Positions 42,726 through 56,050 are shown, counted from the stretch's first letter. The stretch is 64,000 nucleotides of DNA from Eledone cirrhosa (GCA_964016885.1 OZ024742.1:212846001-212910000); one strand, 5' to 3'. A program made the numbers and translations. Notes: a model not told the origin generated them from the letters alone.

Positions 42726-42959
42726 TATATATAATATATATATAATATATATATATAATATATATATAATATATTTATATATAATATGTATATATATAAT
42801 ATATATATATAATATATATATAATATATATATATATAAATAATATATATATATATTATATATATATATTATTTATATATATAATATATATATATATATAT
42901 AATATATATATATAAATAATATATATATAAATAATATATATATATAATATATATATGTA

Positions 42960-42994
<35 letters not shown>

Positions 42995-42999
<5 letters not shown>

Positions 43000-43760
43000 G
43001 TATCCACTGTAAGTTGTGGGGTCTATTCTGCATGAAGAACTCGATGTAATCCATATGTTGAAAATGTTAAGATAAATCTCAGAAATGTTAAGATAAATCT
43101 CAGAAAACAATAAAACATTAAAAGTAAAACAGAGTCTGATATAAATTAAAACATTGAAATAAAAAATCAAGTCATTAGAGATATACTTCCCTGGTTTACG
43201 ATCGTTTCTAGATTATGATAATACATTGTATCTATACTCAGTTATTGGTCTGTGTAAGTTTACAAACTATCAGATAGAGAGAATATTTACTAACATGCAT
43301 ATCACCAGCTGTTTTCAAAAGCAATAATAATTTTATTCAATAATAATCTTACTCAGAATTAGTAGCATGTTAGTATCATGTCCTTATTTGGAGGTAGTTG
43401 AAGAACTAACGAATCAAATTGTTTTTTTCATATGGTGTTGAGATGAAAAGTAATACACTTTAGTTGAGGTCATGACCCTTTGAAAGGAATGGTTGAAAGG
43501 TGTTAGTAGAAATGGCATGAAAATTTATTAGGAAGGAAGGGATTGTCAAACTGATAGTTGAATGTATCTTGTATAGTGAATTTAAAAGGAATGTCAAAAT
43601 AAATGGTGATTAGTGTTGCATTGAGTTTTAAGGTGAATATAAATTAATGTTATGGCTAGGAAAGATAGTATATTAAAAGATGAAAATTATAATAAGATAA
43701 TGAGATATAGTAATGCGATAATATATAACTTAACCAACACAATATAGTACGGTGTGGTAA
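42995..43760 (-). mobile_element. PLE-type 3' region related to the 35261 family, with HHR at ~43193-43322
   Basis: Shares tacgatcgtttctag and tacaaactatcaga. Its core is TTGAAAA-cagc where the 35991 copy has CTGAAGA-cagc. Boundaries are approximate. Confidence 0.6.
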
Positions 43761-43934
43761 ATTGTACTTAGTATAATATAACATATTATATGCTCTAAAA
43801 TATTACTAAGTATGTTTATGCATAAACAATCAAACTCAGATAAGTACTTATTGGCATAGTTAAAACATAAACATCATAGTCTACAAAGTGCATATATCCA
43901 CACTATATATATAGAGAGGTACAGTTATATTGAT

Positions 43935-44477
43935 ATTTCCCACTCTTACTACTGTACGTCTGTATACATATATGTATGTACGTATACATAGTTATATTTA
44001 AGTAACAGCCATACTAAGAGTGGGAAATGAAATTTCGTTTCATTTTTTCCGTTTATCGTTTTCGGTGCACCCGGCCGATTAACCCACTCGATATGCAAAT
44101 TGGGCTACTCAGCCGTTAATATGCATAAGGAAAGTATATACTTTCGGACGTTCAACAATCTGGCAGGAAGGTATACGTTGCTGACGATAGCTAACAAGCT
44201 TGAAACTAGTACAGCGTTTCTTTGTCAGTGTTGAACATGCGAGCAACGGTGGTTGCTAGACACTGCGGCTTTATACGGGATGTTTGTTTACAAACACACC
44301 GAGCATTATAATAAATGTTGGTGAATCCATACGTATATATATATATGTGTGCATGTATGTATATATATATACATACTACTGTACGTCTGTATACATATAT
44401 GTTTGTACGTATACATACTTATATTTAAGTAACAGCCGCACTAAGAGTGGGAAATTAAATTTCGTTTCATTTTTTCC

Positions 44478-44482
<5 letters not shown>
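43935..44482 (+). mobile_element. Small non-coding PLE/retrozyme-type element (427-bp period)
   Basis: 14-nt inverted piece at 43935-43948; direct repeat 43947-44053 / 44374-44482; one HHR; ends in (TA)n. Confidence 0.8.
44176..44216 (+). ncRNA. Minimal type I hammerhead ribozyme
   Basis: cgttg-CTGACGA-t-agct(aaca)agct-t-GAAA-ctag-TA-cagcg; stem III actagt is palindromic. Confidence 0.85.
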
Positions 44483-44522
<40 letters not shown>

Positions 44523-44526
<4 letters not shown>

Positions 44527-45320
44527 ATCAAAAGATGGTTAAAAGAGTTCCATGTATTTTATTATGCGCATTTCAAAAACAAATATCATCATGCGATGAC
44601 ATTTGCGTTTTCATTAGATAAAATAGGGAGACATGATATGAAGGTTAAAAAACACTTGTGAATAGTGCAGTTTTAAATCAACATATGAAAAGTAGTTTTA
44701 GATTGATGTGTGATATTGGGAAAAAACAAATTGAGGGTGGGGGTTGGAAAGGATGAAAAAGAGGAGGAGATGAGAGTAAAGAATGGAGGGGGAGGAGTAT
44801 AATAAGGAAGGATGAGATAGGAGGAGAGATGGGTGATAGAGAGAGAGAGATAGCTTTTATAACTGAGAAAAATATATTGTTTTACATAGAGAGGTTAAAA
44901 AACCGTTGGAAGATAATATATAAATTAAAAGAATTTGAAAATTAACGAAGAGAAAAATTTAAGAATAATGTTAAATTAAGGTTTGTATATTGAAGGGTTT
45001 AATAATATGTACGATGAAAAGAAATTGTTAATATGTATTAAGAATAATATTTAAGGGTTTAATAATATGTGCGATGGAAAGAAATTGTTGATATGTATTA
45101 TTAAAAATATAAAAATATAACAATAGTAATGTAATTAAGGATATATTGTGAAAAGAAGTAGAAGAGTGGATGAATGGATGAATATGTGTAATATGTATGA
45201 GTTAGATGAGCATGAAAGGGAGAAAAAAATAATGAATTGAGGATGAATAATCTAACGTCAAAAAAATGTTTATGTTTACGAAGGATTTTTTAAGGTGATA
45301 TTATAAAGGGTAAGGAGAAT
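44523..45320 (-). mobile_element. 3' UTR copy of the Naiad element at 1-3298; HHR inactivated
   Basis: Reverse complement of parts of ~2340-3298; the core reads CTAATGA (G5A) at 44611-44617. Confidence 0.85.
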
Positions 45321-45844
45321 ATTAAGAGGCTAACATTTGTTCATAAATCCTCATAATAATAATGCTTCTGGCTAAAAGATTTATTGATCTGAGACATATA
45401 TTTCACAAGGTATTATGACATAATCACATCGAGTTAATAAAGGAATCTGTAGGTGGCCACTTGAGTTACTAGAACTAGTAGCCAAGTCTTCCACAAACTG
45501 TATCCTATAACCTTTAAAAATGATCCAGCGTCTGAAAAAGTTGTTTCAGACTGTTTCATTTAGAACGTCTTGATCATAAGTGTGTTGGATTAGAACTGAT
45601 CTGAGGCTAAACAACAATATGATCGTATGTTACAGCCTTGTGATTTCACCTGTATAGGCAGGCACGTGGTTGGCTTTGGTTAAATAATACTGCTAATGAA
45701 GTTAAAATGAATTTTAAATGAAATATTTTAATAGCATATGGCACTTGTTTAGTCACATGACACGTCACTTTTGTAGAAACTCATTCTTTTTCAAGAAATG
45801 CATCTTATCATTTGACATTCAATATACTTTCTAGAGAGAAGGAT

Positions 45845-46500
45845 TGCAGTCAGTGGTCAAAAGCTGGAGACTGTGACGCAGTTCAAGTACCTTGACACCA
45901 TCATCAGTCAAAAGTGATCAAAACCACAGGTTCTTGTAAAGAGTACTCTAACAGCCACAACACTCATCAAACTGAAACCTCTCGGGAGAGAAAAGAACAC
46001 CATTCTCAGATGCAAAATAAAACTCCCGCATGCGTTGGTCCTATCCATCTTTCTATACACATGCGAATCGTGGACCTTGGCCGCTGAACTGCAAAGGAAG
46101 ATCCGAACAGTGGAGATGAAATATTATAGAAGAATCCTGGGAATCTCCCACACAGGACACGTGACGACAAAGAAGGTCTGCAAAAGAATCACTGAGCACG
46201 TGAGTCACTTTGAAGAGCTGCTGACAGCAATGGAGGAAGTGGGGGAAGCTGAAGTGGTTTGGGCATGTGAAAAGATCGAACGGACTCTCTAAGACGATTC
46301 TCAAAGGAACAGTGTAGGGGGAAGAGAAGGAGAAACAGACAGAGGAAGCGGTGGGTTGACAAGAGCTGAGTGAACAGGGAAGAACTTGCCACTACCTAAG
46401 AACTTGCTCATGACCGTTAGATATGGAAGCAGTTGGTGCAGCGTTCTGCACTGCAGTGTCCCACGACCCTGAAAGGTGTTAGAGGGCCATGATGATGTCA
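45845..46500 (+). mobile_element. RTE-clade LINE 3' fragment
   Basis: LETVTQFKYL; LVLSIFLYTCESWTL...EMKYYRRILGISH; LKWFGHV; LSKTILKGTV; ends in a gatgat tail. Confidence 0.8.
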
Positions 46501-47772
46501 ATGATAATATCGGTTCGTAAATTGACATGTTTACTAATACTGCAACAAAGCAGCTGCAATTTTTGGACAACATCCCGAGAAAAAAAATGGCAGCTTGTTA
46601 TAGGAGTATTGATAACATTAGGAATTGCTTAGAAGAATTGCGTTATTTTTAGATTTAGAAATGTTTGGCATCGTTATCAGTAAGCGATAGAAATGGTTTG
46701 TTGAGAATTCCTCTAAAATCAATTAAATTATTGCATATTCGTATTCTTGCCACAAAGCTTGGATTGTTGACAAGAACTATCCAACAAAGAACAAATACCA
46801 TGATACAATTATGTGATCTGTCTACTGTCACACAGCGCTGTTGCCAATGTAGTTTTGCAGGCTAGCACCGTCCCTGTAAGAAGATCTGAAGACAATATAT
46901 GACGCCAAAGCCAACAACACATTATCACTGCTATCAGTTTATGTTTCTAAACTGCCCACTGATAGAGATAATATTCTCAAGAGTTAGGATTAACATTTAG
47001 CGATATTTCAGAACGTGATCTTGCAGTCGATTAATAAATAATTACATTCATTCTGTAACATTCAGCGTTGGTTTTATACCAAATGACAATAAGATGGCAA
47101 TAAATCAAGTGTCAAATGAGTAAGCACAATGGAAAAGTAATATGTGAAGGATGTTTTTCATAAAAACCAGCGGTTGCAATTTCTTCAGGTATTTAGATTT
47201 TCAAATCTGTTATCTGCATTCAATAGTAATATAGAATTATATTATTCTCTCGCAATGCTGCTTATTTTTTTTCTTTTATGATTTAGATGAAATATTTCAA
47301 GAACCCCGATGCAGAAAATACATACTAGTCACACACACACACACGATGTGTGGTCCCTAACTCTGATCGAGCATCTTATGGCAAGCATGTAGTTGACAAA
47401 ACAACGAGGTACAACCAACAAATGTGTAGATTCAGATACACTATGCTGAGAACCCAAACATCCACTGTGAATACGAAGAGGTACAGACTTATAAGTCTGA
47501 ACATGTTTCCTCTCTACTGTCTAGTCCATTTTTGTATACCTGCTGTTGTTGTTTAGCCTAAAGTAAATCACGATCAATAGTGCTACAGCGGTGAAGAACA
47601 AGCCTTTTAAAGGGCATATCATGTTATATAATGTGTCTTTTCCTTCTTCTAGTTAGTCAAGTTATCACGCGGAGGCTCCCTCATTGGCTTGTACACATGT
47701 AAATTCTTGTTGTGGTTGTAGCGAAAGCTGATAAGATGAACTCGGTTAGAGGGCAACATTTGATGTTCATAT

Positions 47773-47805
<33 letters not shown>

Positions 47806-47810
<5 letters not shown>

Positions 47811-47900
47811 AAAAAAAGATGAAATCGAAAATGCAACTGGAGCCTTATTTAAAAAAAATATATATATATTTATTTGGTTCCTTATGCTACGCCTACCGTG

Positions 47901-47935
<35 letters not shown>

Positions 47936-48147
47936 CGGATCAGCGGGGAAAGAAGACCCTGTTGAGTTTGACTCTAGTCCGGTTTTGTGAGGGCACACGG
48001 TAGGCGTAGCATAAGGAACCAAATAAATATATATATTTTTTTTAAAATAAGACTCCAGTTGAATTTTCGATTTCATCTTTTTTTCTTTATACTTTCACTC
48101 GTGTAGGACACCTCGGTTATTTTTCATTTTGTAAAAAAAAACCTCAC

Positions 48148-48153
<6 letters not shown>
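47806..48153 (+). mobile_element. Chimeric fold-back retrocopy: 28S rRNA fragment + PLE-type tail
   Basis: Left arm 47806-47901 is the reverse complement of 47995-48090; tail 48013-48153 matches 27956-28092; flanked by (TA)n. Confidence 0.88.
47901..48015 (+). pseudogene. 28S rRNA fragment (~115 nt, retroposed)
   Basis: tctagcgaaaccacagccaagggaacgggcttgg...cagcggggaaagaagaccctgttgag.ttgactctagt...gtagcataag is the conserved eukaryotic LSU segment just 3' of the R1/R2 target region. Confidence 0.93.
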
Positions 48154-48229
<76 letters not shown>

Positions 48230-48301
48230 TTATATATATATATTAGATAATTCCAAAGGAAAAGCAAAGGAAAAAAGAGTGCTATATGTATAGAACAGAA
48301 C

Positions 48302-48516
48302 TATATAATTAGAAAGTGAACAACACAAAATATAATTACTCCATTACCAAAGGTTTCTGGATCACAGACGATAATAATATACGTCTGGATCGTTCGTCAG
48401 ATAGGGATGTTATCATAACATCTCTATCTGACGAACGATCCAGACGTATATTATTATCGTCCGTGATCCAGAAACCTTTGGTAATGGAGTAGTTATATTT
48501 TGTGTTGTTCACTTTC

Positions 48517-48525
<9 letters not shown>
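48302..48525. mobile_element. Fold-back PLE-type mini-element with HHRs on both strands
   Basis: Palindrome centred at 48414. Plus-strand HHR 48422-48489: ctctat-CTGACGA...GAAA-cc-ttt-gg-TA-atggag; mirror at ~48339-48406. Confidence 0.82.
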
Positions 48526-48614
<89 letters not shown>

Positions 48615-48616
48615 TA

Positions 48617-48714
48617 CAGGGTGTCCCCCAAAAAATGTATACACATTTCAATAGCATTCTAATAAATATTGCCTGAAAAGGTAATCAGTGTATACTATAT
48701 TTTGGGACACACTG
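48617..48714. mobile_element. Tc1/mariner-type MITE
   Basis: TA|CAGGGTGTCCC...GGGACACACTG|TA, with imperfect TIRs extending to gtatacac/gtgtatac. Confidence 0.75.
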
Positions 48715-50287
48715 TATATATAATTAGGTAAAATACGCCCCTAAGCACCATCAAATGTGAAGTCCAGAGGATGAGGTGCTGAGCATATGCCAGTGAACTC
48801 CATAGAATAAAATATTAAAACAAGAAAACAAACAAACACAGAGAGAAAGATAAACTGTATTTGTGGACACTAATAGAAAAATATTACCTCTCTCCTATAT
48901 GATAATCTAGATACCACTAAATTTTATTTATTTTCAATGAAATACGAGACTTGACATGATGTTAAAATGAAATAGTCTCTTGAAGCTCTACAAATAGGAA
49001 ACCTAAACAAACAGAAAGAAAAAGTAATCAACGAGTACTGAGAGCGAAGTTTTAAATTAATGGCAATTTGAAAGTAGATAGCACTTTTAGAATGAAAGAC
49101 TGAGACTATGAAAATATTAGAGAAACATATATTAACTTCCCACCTCCAGTTTTATTGAAAAACTAATCTTTTCACCTAGTAGAGACCTGTTAGAAATAGC
49201 AACCAAATTTTATCCAAGCCAACAAAAAAGCTTCTATACAGTGGCTCGACCTGCTTGAAACAGCAGCCAGATTTACGCCAAATCACGTTCTATAACCACA
49301 ATAAACCGGATACATTGGATAATGTAGTCCAAAATACACTGCGTATTGTACTAAAGGCTTGAGTTCCTCTGACTATAAGTCTGCTTGATCAGATTTGATC
49401 TGGGGGTAAACAACATAAACAGCATTACTAATGTGAATAAGAACAAAAAACAAACGAACCAAATTGGAGCAAGAGTTCATCCCTAAAGATATATTTCACA
49501 ATATTGTTTATATAATAACAATTATTGATTCAATGATTTACCTGAATAAATACTAATTCCACAAGTCTTCTTAATTATTATCTCACGGCCATGATGAAAT
49601 TGGCTGAAATTAATAGGGTGAATGGGCCAAATTAATGCATGATAAAGACTTAAATACTTCCAGGCCGAGAGAAAAGAAACTAAAGCTCATTAAGTAGTAA
49701 AAACATCTATTACGTTATAAAACGATTAAATAAATACAAACAGCTCGAAATGAATACAAAGAAAACAATTGATTTGCTGGTAACAAAAAACACGAAAAGA
49801 GATTTCAAAGTATTAGAAAAATAGATTAAGGAAACCAACAGACCGACACACCAGTGTGTGCTAAAGGTAAGCGGTAAGCTTTCGAAGAGCAGAATTTACA
49901 ATGTTTTCAGTTTCCATTTAGTTCGTTGTTATTATTCCGTAAATGTATTTAGTGAATAGTATAAACGCCACAAATGTAATGCCTGCCATGTCTCTGACCT
50001 TTTAACTGCAACTTAGTAACACTGAAATGATGTCTTCGGTCGTGTATTATTGACAAATTTAGAAAAAAGTACTCAAAACCGAAGTAGAGTTTGAATATTC
50101 CTTTAATGGCTAAATGGGAAGCCTCGTTAATCTGGGGCTTCACCTGCATACTTGCAAGATCATCAGATAAGACTATGAACATTTAGTCTTGTGTGATGAT
50201 ATTACAGGTGCGCAGGTGAAACTCCAGAGTAATAAGGCTCACCACTAAGCCATAAAATGAATATATATATATACATATATATGTATA

Positions 50288-50377
<90 letters not shown>

Positions 50378-50381
50378 TATG

Positions 50382-50526
<145 letters not shown>

Positions 50527-50631
50527 GTATATATATGTATATATATATATATGTATATATATGTATATATATATATATACACACATATATATGTATATAT
50601 ATATACATATATATATGTATATATATGTATA

Positions 50632-50865
<234 letters not shown>

Positions 50866-50873
50866 TATACATA

Positions 50874-50924
<51 letters not shown>

Positions 50925-50932
<8 letters not shown>

Positions 50933-51188
50933 GTCCCGTAACTCCTGGTGGGGTCGCAAGGGCACCGTATTGATATACATTGTTTCTAGGTCATTTTCAA
51001 ACCTGACGGAGCCCATCTCGTCTCCAGGTCTGAACACAGCAGATTTCTTCCAAAGAAAGATAGAAAGTGAGAAAAGGGAAGTGAGAAAGAGACATAGAAG
51101 AAAAATCGGTCCCAGTACTAGACTGGTACTTTTTTTTTTTATCTCAAAAGGACGAAAGGCAAAGTTGACCACGGGTGAATTTGAAGTT
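50925..51188 (-). mobile_element. Composite SINE copy (Meta + alternative tail) ending in (TA)n
   Basis: Reverse complement of 22235-22475, diverged. Confidence 0.7.
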
Positions 51189-51189
51189 G

Positions 51190-51702
51190 TATTCCTGTCT
51201 GTTTATTTGTTTGTTTGTTTGTTCACGAACTACTCCTATGGTTTGGGAGATAGACCCCCCCCCCCCCCAACCAGTAATATTCTGAAACTACATTGCCCAG
51301 GGTAATTGGATAAGTATATTTCATTTTAATCAAAGGGTTCCCCGGGGGCACAAAACCCCCGCTGAAAATGTTTTCCCTTCGATTTATATGAAATTTAAAC
51401 CATAGGTAAATGACAAGATATGATGCCTATTCATAAAAGTTTTGAATTGATATTTTAAAAAAAAATTATTTACAAGAAACAAAATAAGAATAAGATTTAA
51501 TAATGTAATTTTGATTTGATATATTACAAAAAATAATGTTTTCCAATTGTTCATGCATTACATTTTACATTGAGTAATATTGAAATGCAGAGTTTTTCTC
51601 CATAAATTATATCACTGTTTTAAAATCAATCATCATTTTCTTAACAAAAAAAAAAAAAAAAAAAATGTTTGAAACGCAGCAAGGCGCGAGTAATTCGGCT
51701 AG
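51190..51702 (+). mobile_element. Helitron-like non-autonomous element (3' end clear, 5' end unclear)
   Basis: (TTTG)n near the start; ends cgcagcaaggcgcg...ggCTAG|T. Confidence 0.5.
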
Positions 51703-51731
51703 TATTTATATATAAAATGTAGCAGAACACG

Positions 51732-51787
<56 letters not shown>

Positions 51788-52154
51788 TGTGGGTTGTTCT
51801 GCCACATTTTTCGTCATATTCTACGTGTATAAATGTATTATTTAAGTTTAAGTATATCATAAAAAGTCTAAAGCATTTATAATAGATGTTATTGCTTTTA
51901 TTCTGGGATTGTCTTAGTTGACATGGAAGTATTCAGTACAAGATCAGGCCTTGTTAGACAACGAGGGGATTGATACGTCAACTGGCAAGTGAAATGAATG
52001 CTCCCTTGCCAGAAAATAATCATGCGACTTGACTGAAGGTAAACAATTGCGGTTTTCCGATCAGCCAATTAAATTCGTTAAACTTTAGGCCCTTCTGTCA
52101 GGTATTTCCGTCATATTTCGCATGTACTAATCCATTGTATTATTTAAACTTATA

Positions 52155-52583
52155 AGGGCGGTGGATTGGCAGTATCGATAGAGGGTCGGACGCCATGCTT
52201 TCCACCATAGTTACTTCCCTTTACGATCTGAGTTCAAATCCCGCCGAGGTTGACTTTGCCTTTCATCCTTACGGGGTCGATAAAATAAAGTACCAGTAAT
52301 GTACTGGGTAATTTGCTAGCCTTGTGCCTAAAGTAGAAACAATTATTTAAACTTATTATAAGGGCGGTGGATTAGCTGAATCAGTAGAGTGTCGGACACT
52401 ATGCTTTGCAGCATAGAGTTACGTTCATTTACTGTCTGAGTTCAAATCCCACCGAGGTTAGCTTAACCTTTCATCCTTACGGGGTCGATAAAATAAAGCT
52501 CCACTAATGCACGGGGTCGACTTGATCGACCCCCCACCACCAAAAAATAAATTAGGTCTTGTGTCTAAAGTAGAAATCATTAT
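52155..52583 (+). mobile_element. Two tandem Meta SINEs of different subfamilies
   Basis: Copies at 52155-52345 and 52361-52583; tatttaaacttat occurs before and after copy 1, and tattcaagcttat follows copy 2. Confidence 0.88.
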
Positions 52584-52671
52584 TCAAGCTTATCATAAAG
52601 AAGCTTTAACCATATACACATACATATGTATATAAATATATATTATGTAAAACTTATATCCAAAACATAAC

Positions 52672-52745
52672 TATTTCATCTGATGAACGGGCTGGACGAT
52701 ACTGTAAGAATCGTCTAGTTTCTTGAAACCTTTGGTAATGGAATA
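52672..52745 (+). ncRNA. Type I hammerhead ribozyme
   Basis: 8-bp stem I tatttcat/atggaata; CTGATGA at 52680; stem II gctggacgat/atcgtctagt; GAAA-CC-ttt-GG-TA. Confidence 0.85.
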
Positions 52746-52765
52746 ATTAATTATATTGTGTTGTT

Positions 52766-52811
<46 letters not shown>

Positions 52812-52926
52812 AATTAATATCTAGTAACATATATATACATACAGATGCATATCAATGCTAGCAAATATATAGGTTTTGTCTTAGTAACATTGTGGTTCAA
52901 TGCATGGGGTTGCAGAACAATAATAT

Positions 52927-53206
52927 GAGAGACGTAAAATAAGAAAATTATAAAATTAACTTACTTACTAAAATATCACTTCCAACTAATTAGTTTCTGG
53001 AATGGAGTAAATATATTTTCCGAAGAAGATATGGAGAAACATTCCGTCGTCAGGGAAGTCTATTCTCAGCTAAGTTTCCAGGCAAAGCGAGGACTCTGGA
53101 AACTTATTAAAAAATAATTCAGTGGATAGGAAATAGCAAAGCGTGGACTGAATTCCTAGCCATTTTAGTAAGTAAGTTAATTTTATAATTTTCTTATTTT
53201 ACGTCA

Positions 53207-53210
<4 letters not shown>
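52927..53210 (+). mobile_element. PLE-type mini-element with ~48-bp inverted terminal copy and degraded HHR
   Basis: 52927-52975 is the reverse complement of 53162-53210; tatttt-CCGAAGA (53020)...GAAA (53099)...TA-aaaaata. Confidence 0.55.
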
Positions 53211-53299
<89 letters not shown>

Positions 53300-53436
53300 A
53301 ACTATCTGGTTGTGGAACCAACCAACCAACCAGAAATTTATAAATTTGTAAATTTATAAATATATAATAAATTAAATTGAAGTGATAGCAACTGGTGCGT
53401 GTGTTTCTTATTGGCAACATGACCCTCCCAAAGTAT

Positions 53437-53569
<133 letters not shown>

Positions 53570-54027
53570 TTGTAAATAAACATTGGAGCGTCGAGTGAAA
53601 ATCTCGAGCGCAGGAAATAGATATGAACACATCTTAGGAAATCGGGTAAAATACTCCTGTAGACGGAAAAAGTGGCCAGCATGTTCGGTGTTCGTTGAAG
53701 ATGGTAGTGTGAGATTTTTGTGAATGCTGGGGTTACTATTTTTAGCAAATGTTGCAATGAGTTAGAGCTCTTTCATTAAATCTAATGCAATTTTTATACG
53801 GTGGAGTATAGTAAACTGGATCGATCTAAGTTTACTTTGGTTAATTTTATCAATTCCGGGTAGTTGAAAGCTAAGTCAGCCCTGTGATAAAAGCTAACCA
53901 AAATTACAAAAGTAAAAAAAAAAAATGTCCTGTAGCGTTGAATCTTTGGTTTCAATAGAGTTGCATTGTAAGGAATGTGAAGAAGACATTGTGACAGAGA
54001 TGTGTCAACAGTGGAGATAGATGTCAA

Positions 54028-54215
54028 CAGACCTGTCAACTTTCCCCGCTCGACAGGGAGATCTCCCACTTTGGGTGGATGAGAGATGTCTTCTCTTGTG
54101 AAAATAGGTATCGCTTTCATTACATAAAATCTCCCTATTTTGCTTCATTTCTCTCCGTTTTGGGCCCTTTTTTCATGGTACTCCCCGTTTGAGTTTTTAT
54201 AGGTTGCCAGGTCTG
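54028..54215. mobile_element. MITE with 13-bp imperfect TIRs
   Basis: cagacctgtcaac / gttgccaggtctg, with tgtcaa on both flanks. Confidence 0.75.
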
Positions 54216-54317
54216 TGTCAACGAAATGGATAAAATTAGCTCATCCAGGAATCGAAACCGCGCCATAAACAACGCTATCTGGAGGCGTACCAGCGATGAC
54301 ACCAGGAGGATATATAA

Positions 54318-54535
54318 TTGGTTTCTTATATAGGCACAAGGCCAGCAATTTTTGGGGAGGGAAAGTCGATTAAATCGACCCCAGTGCGTGACTGGTACTT
54401 TATTTTATTGACCCCGTATGGATGAAAGGCAAAATTAGCCTCGGCGGGATTTGAACTCAGATCACAAAGGGCCGTAACTCTATGTTGCAAAGCATGGCGT
54501 CCAACCCTCTACCGATACTGCCGATCCACCGCCCT
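54318..54535 (-). mobile_element. Full-length Meta SINE
   Basis: Reverse complement of the consensus; imperfect flanking duplication caggaggatatataatt / caggagtatatataatt. Confidence 0.88.
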
Positions 54536-55108
54536 TCAGGAGTATATATAATTAGATACAGTAATGGACCAGAACTATTTTTCAACTCTCCCCCCTCTCT
54601 TTCCCTCTCCATCTCTCTCTCTATCTCTCTCTCTCACACACACAGAAGCTTACCTAGATATACATATATGAACATTTGTCTTGTTTGTCCTGACATTTGT
54701 TTGTTAATAAGTATGTACAGGCTCGAGCAAGTCTGAATTCAAAGAGAGGATCGAAATTTACTTGTCAAGTAGAAGTGATGTATTAGCTGTATGTTACAAA
54801 TGTAATCTATTTGCAGCCAATAAGGGACCCTCAGTCAGTCGCATAACTTGCTAGTAATAACAGCCAAGATTCCCTCAAATCACACTCTACTACTTTTTAA
54901 AAAGAACCCGTTGTATAATGTACATTGCACCTGTAAAAATGACGGAATGGTCATGGTTGGAATGCTTTTACCCAAAGGATTTTTTGATTAGGGTTGACAT
55001 GAAACTAAATATCAAGAATGCTGTTAACGTCCAGTTGTAATTAACTTTAAATATCACTGTAAATAACTAGGTGGACTGTACCGTTGAGAATTGTGTCTTT
55101 GTTATAGA

Positions 55109-56013
55109 CTAGCAGTGTACCTCGGCGTTGTACGGGTAAGAACATTGGTAATAGCACCTCCAATGAGAAACGTTTATTTGTAAGTGCCTGTTAAAAACTC
55201 ACGAAAATATACCGACAGGAAACTTGTTTTATTTGGAGAAAATTAAGAAGTTGAAAGTACAGTTTAGCTGTCTACGTGCATTGTTCATAGAAATATTGTT
55301 GAGCCCCTTCTTTTCATACTCCTTTGTTTTGGCCTATTGGGTAAATGTGAAAGAGAAAGTCACAGGTTAAGTTGGCAGAAGGTTCCAGTGTCATAGCAGT
55401 AAGGCGTAGGCTACTTACCTTAAAAGTTCATTCGCACTCTTATCACTAAGTTACTCTTTCTCTCTATCCCTCTCGGTGCAGTCCCTTGTGAATTTCTCGC
55501 GTAGGCCTGGTGTAGATTTGCACGCGATCCATCTGCCCGATGCATATGTCCGCTTTGTACGGCTTTTGGAGGAAGGAGTGACCAGCAGTACTTTGTTCGG
55601 TATTATTACGAAAGGGTGTAGCAGAGAATCCCACGTGAAGTAACAGCTCGGGAGGAAACTGCTTACCTCGAAGATTCATTCGCCATCGTTCTAGTCAACG
55701 CTCCGTTTAGTTGGTATTTGTTGGTCTACAGTTAGATGAATGGTGCACAATGGGTTAATGTTTATATGCAAGAAGTGGCAACTGGGCTGGCTTGCCTCGC
55801 TTATATTATATATTAAAATAACAGATTAAAGTTTAAGCAAAGAATCGCTGCTTTCACCGGAGATCGATAACCGGCGCCTAACACCCCTTTAACAACAGAA
55901 AATTGAAAAATAAAAGCTGCAGTTAATATCTTTAGACCGCAAGGAATATATAAATGCAAGTTTGAAGTCAATCGGAGTAGAAATGTGGATTTGTATAGAC
56001 TTTGCAAAAATGA

Positions 56014-56050
<37 letters not shown>

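Noticed and set aside
47901-48015. Functional rDNA locus or R2 insertion
   Set aside because: Only ~115 nt of rRNA, no other rDNA nearby, and it is embedded in a fold-back retroelement.
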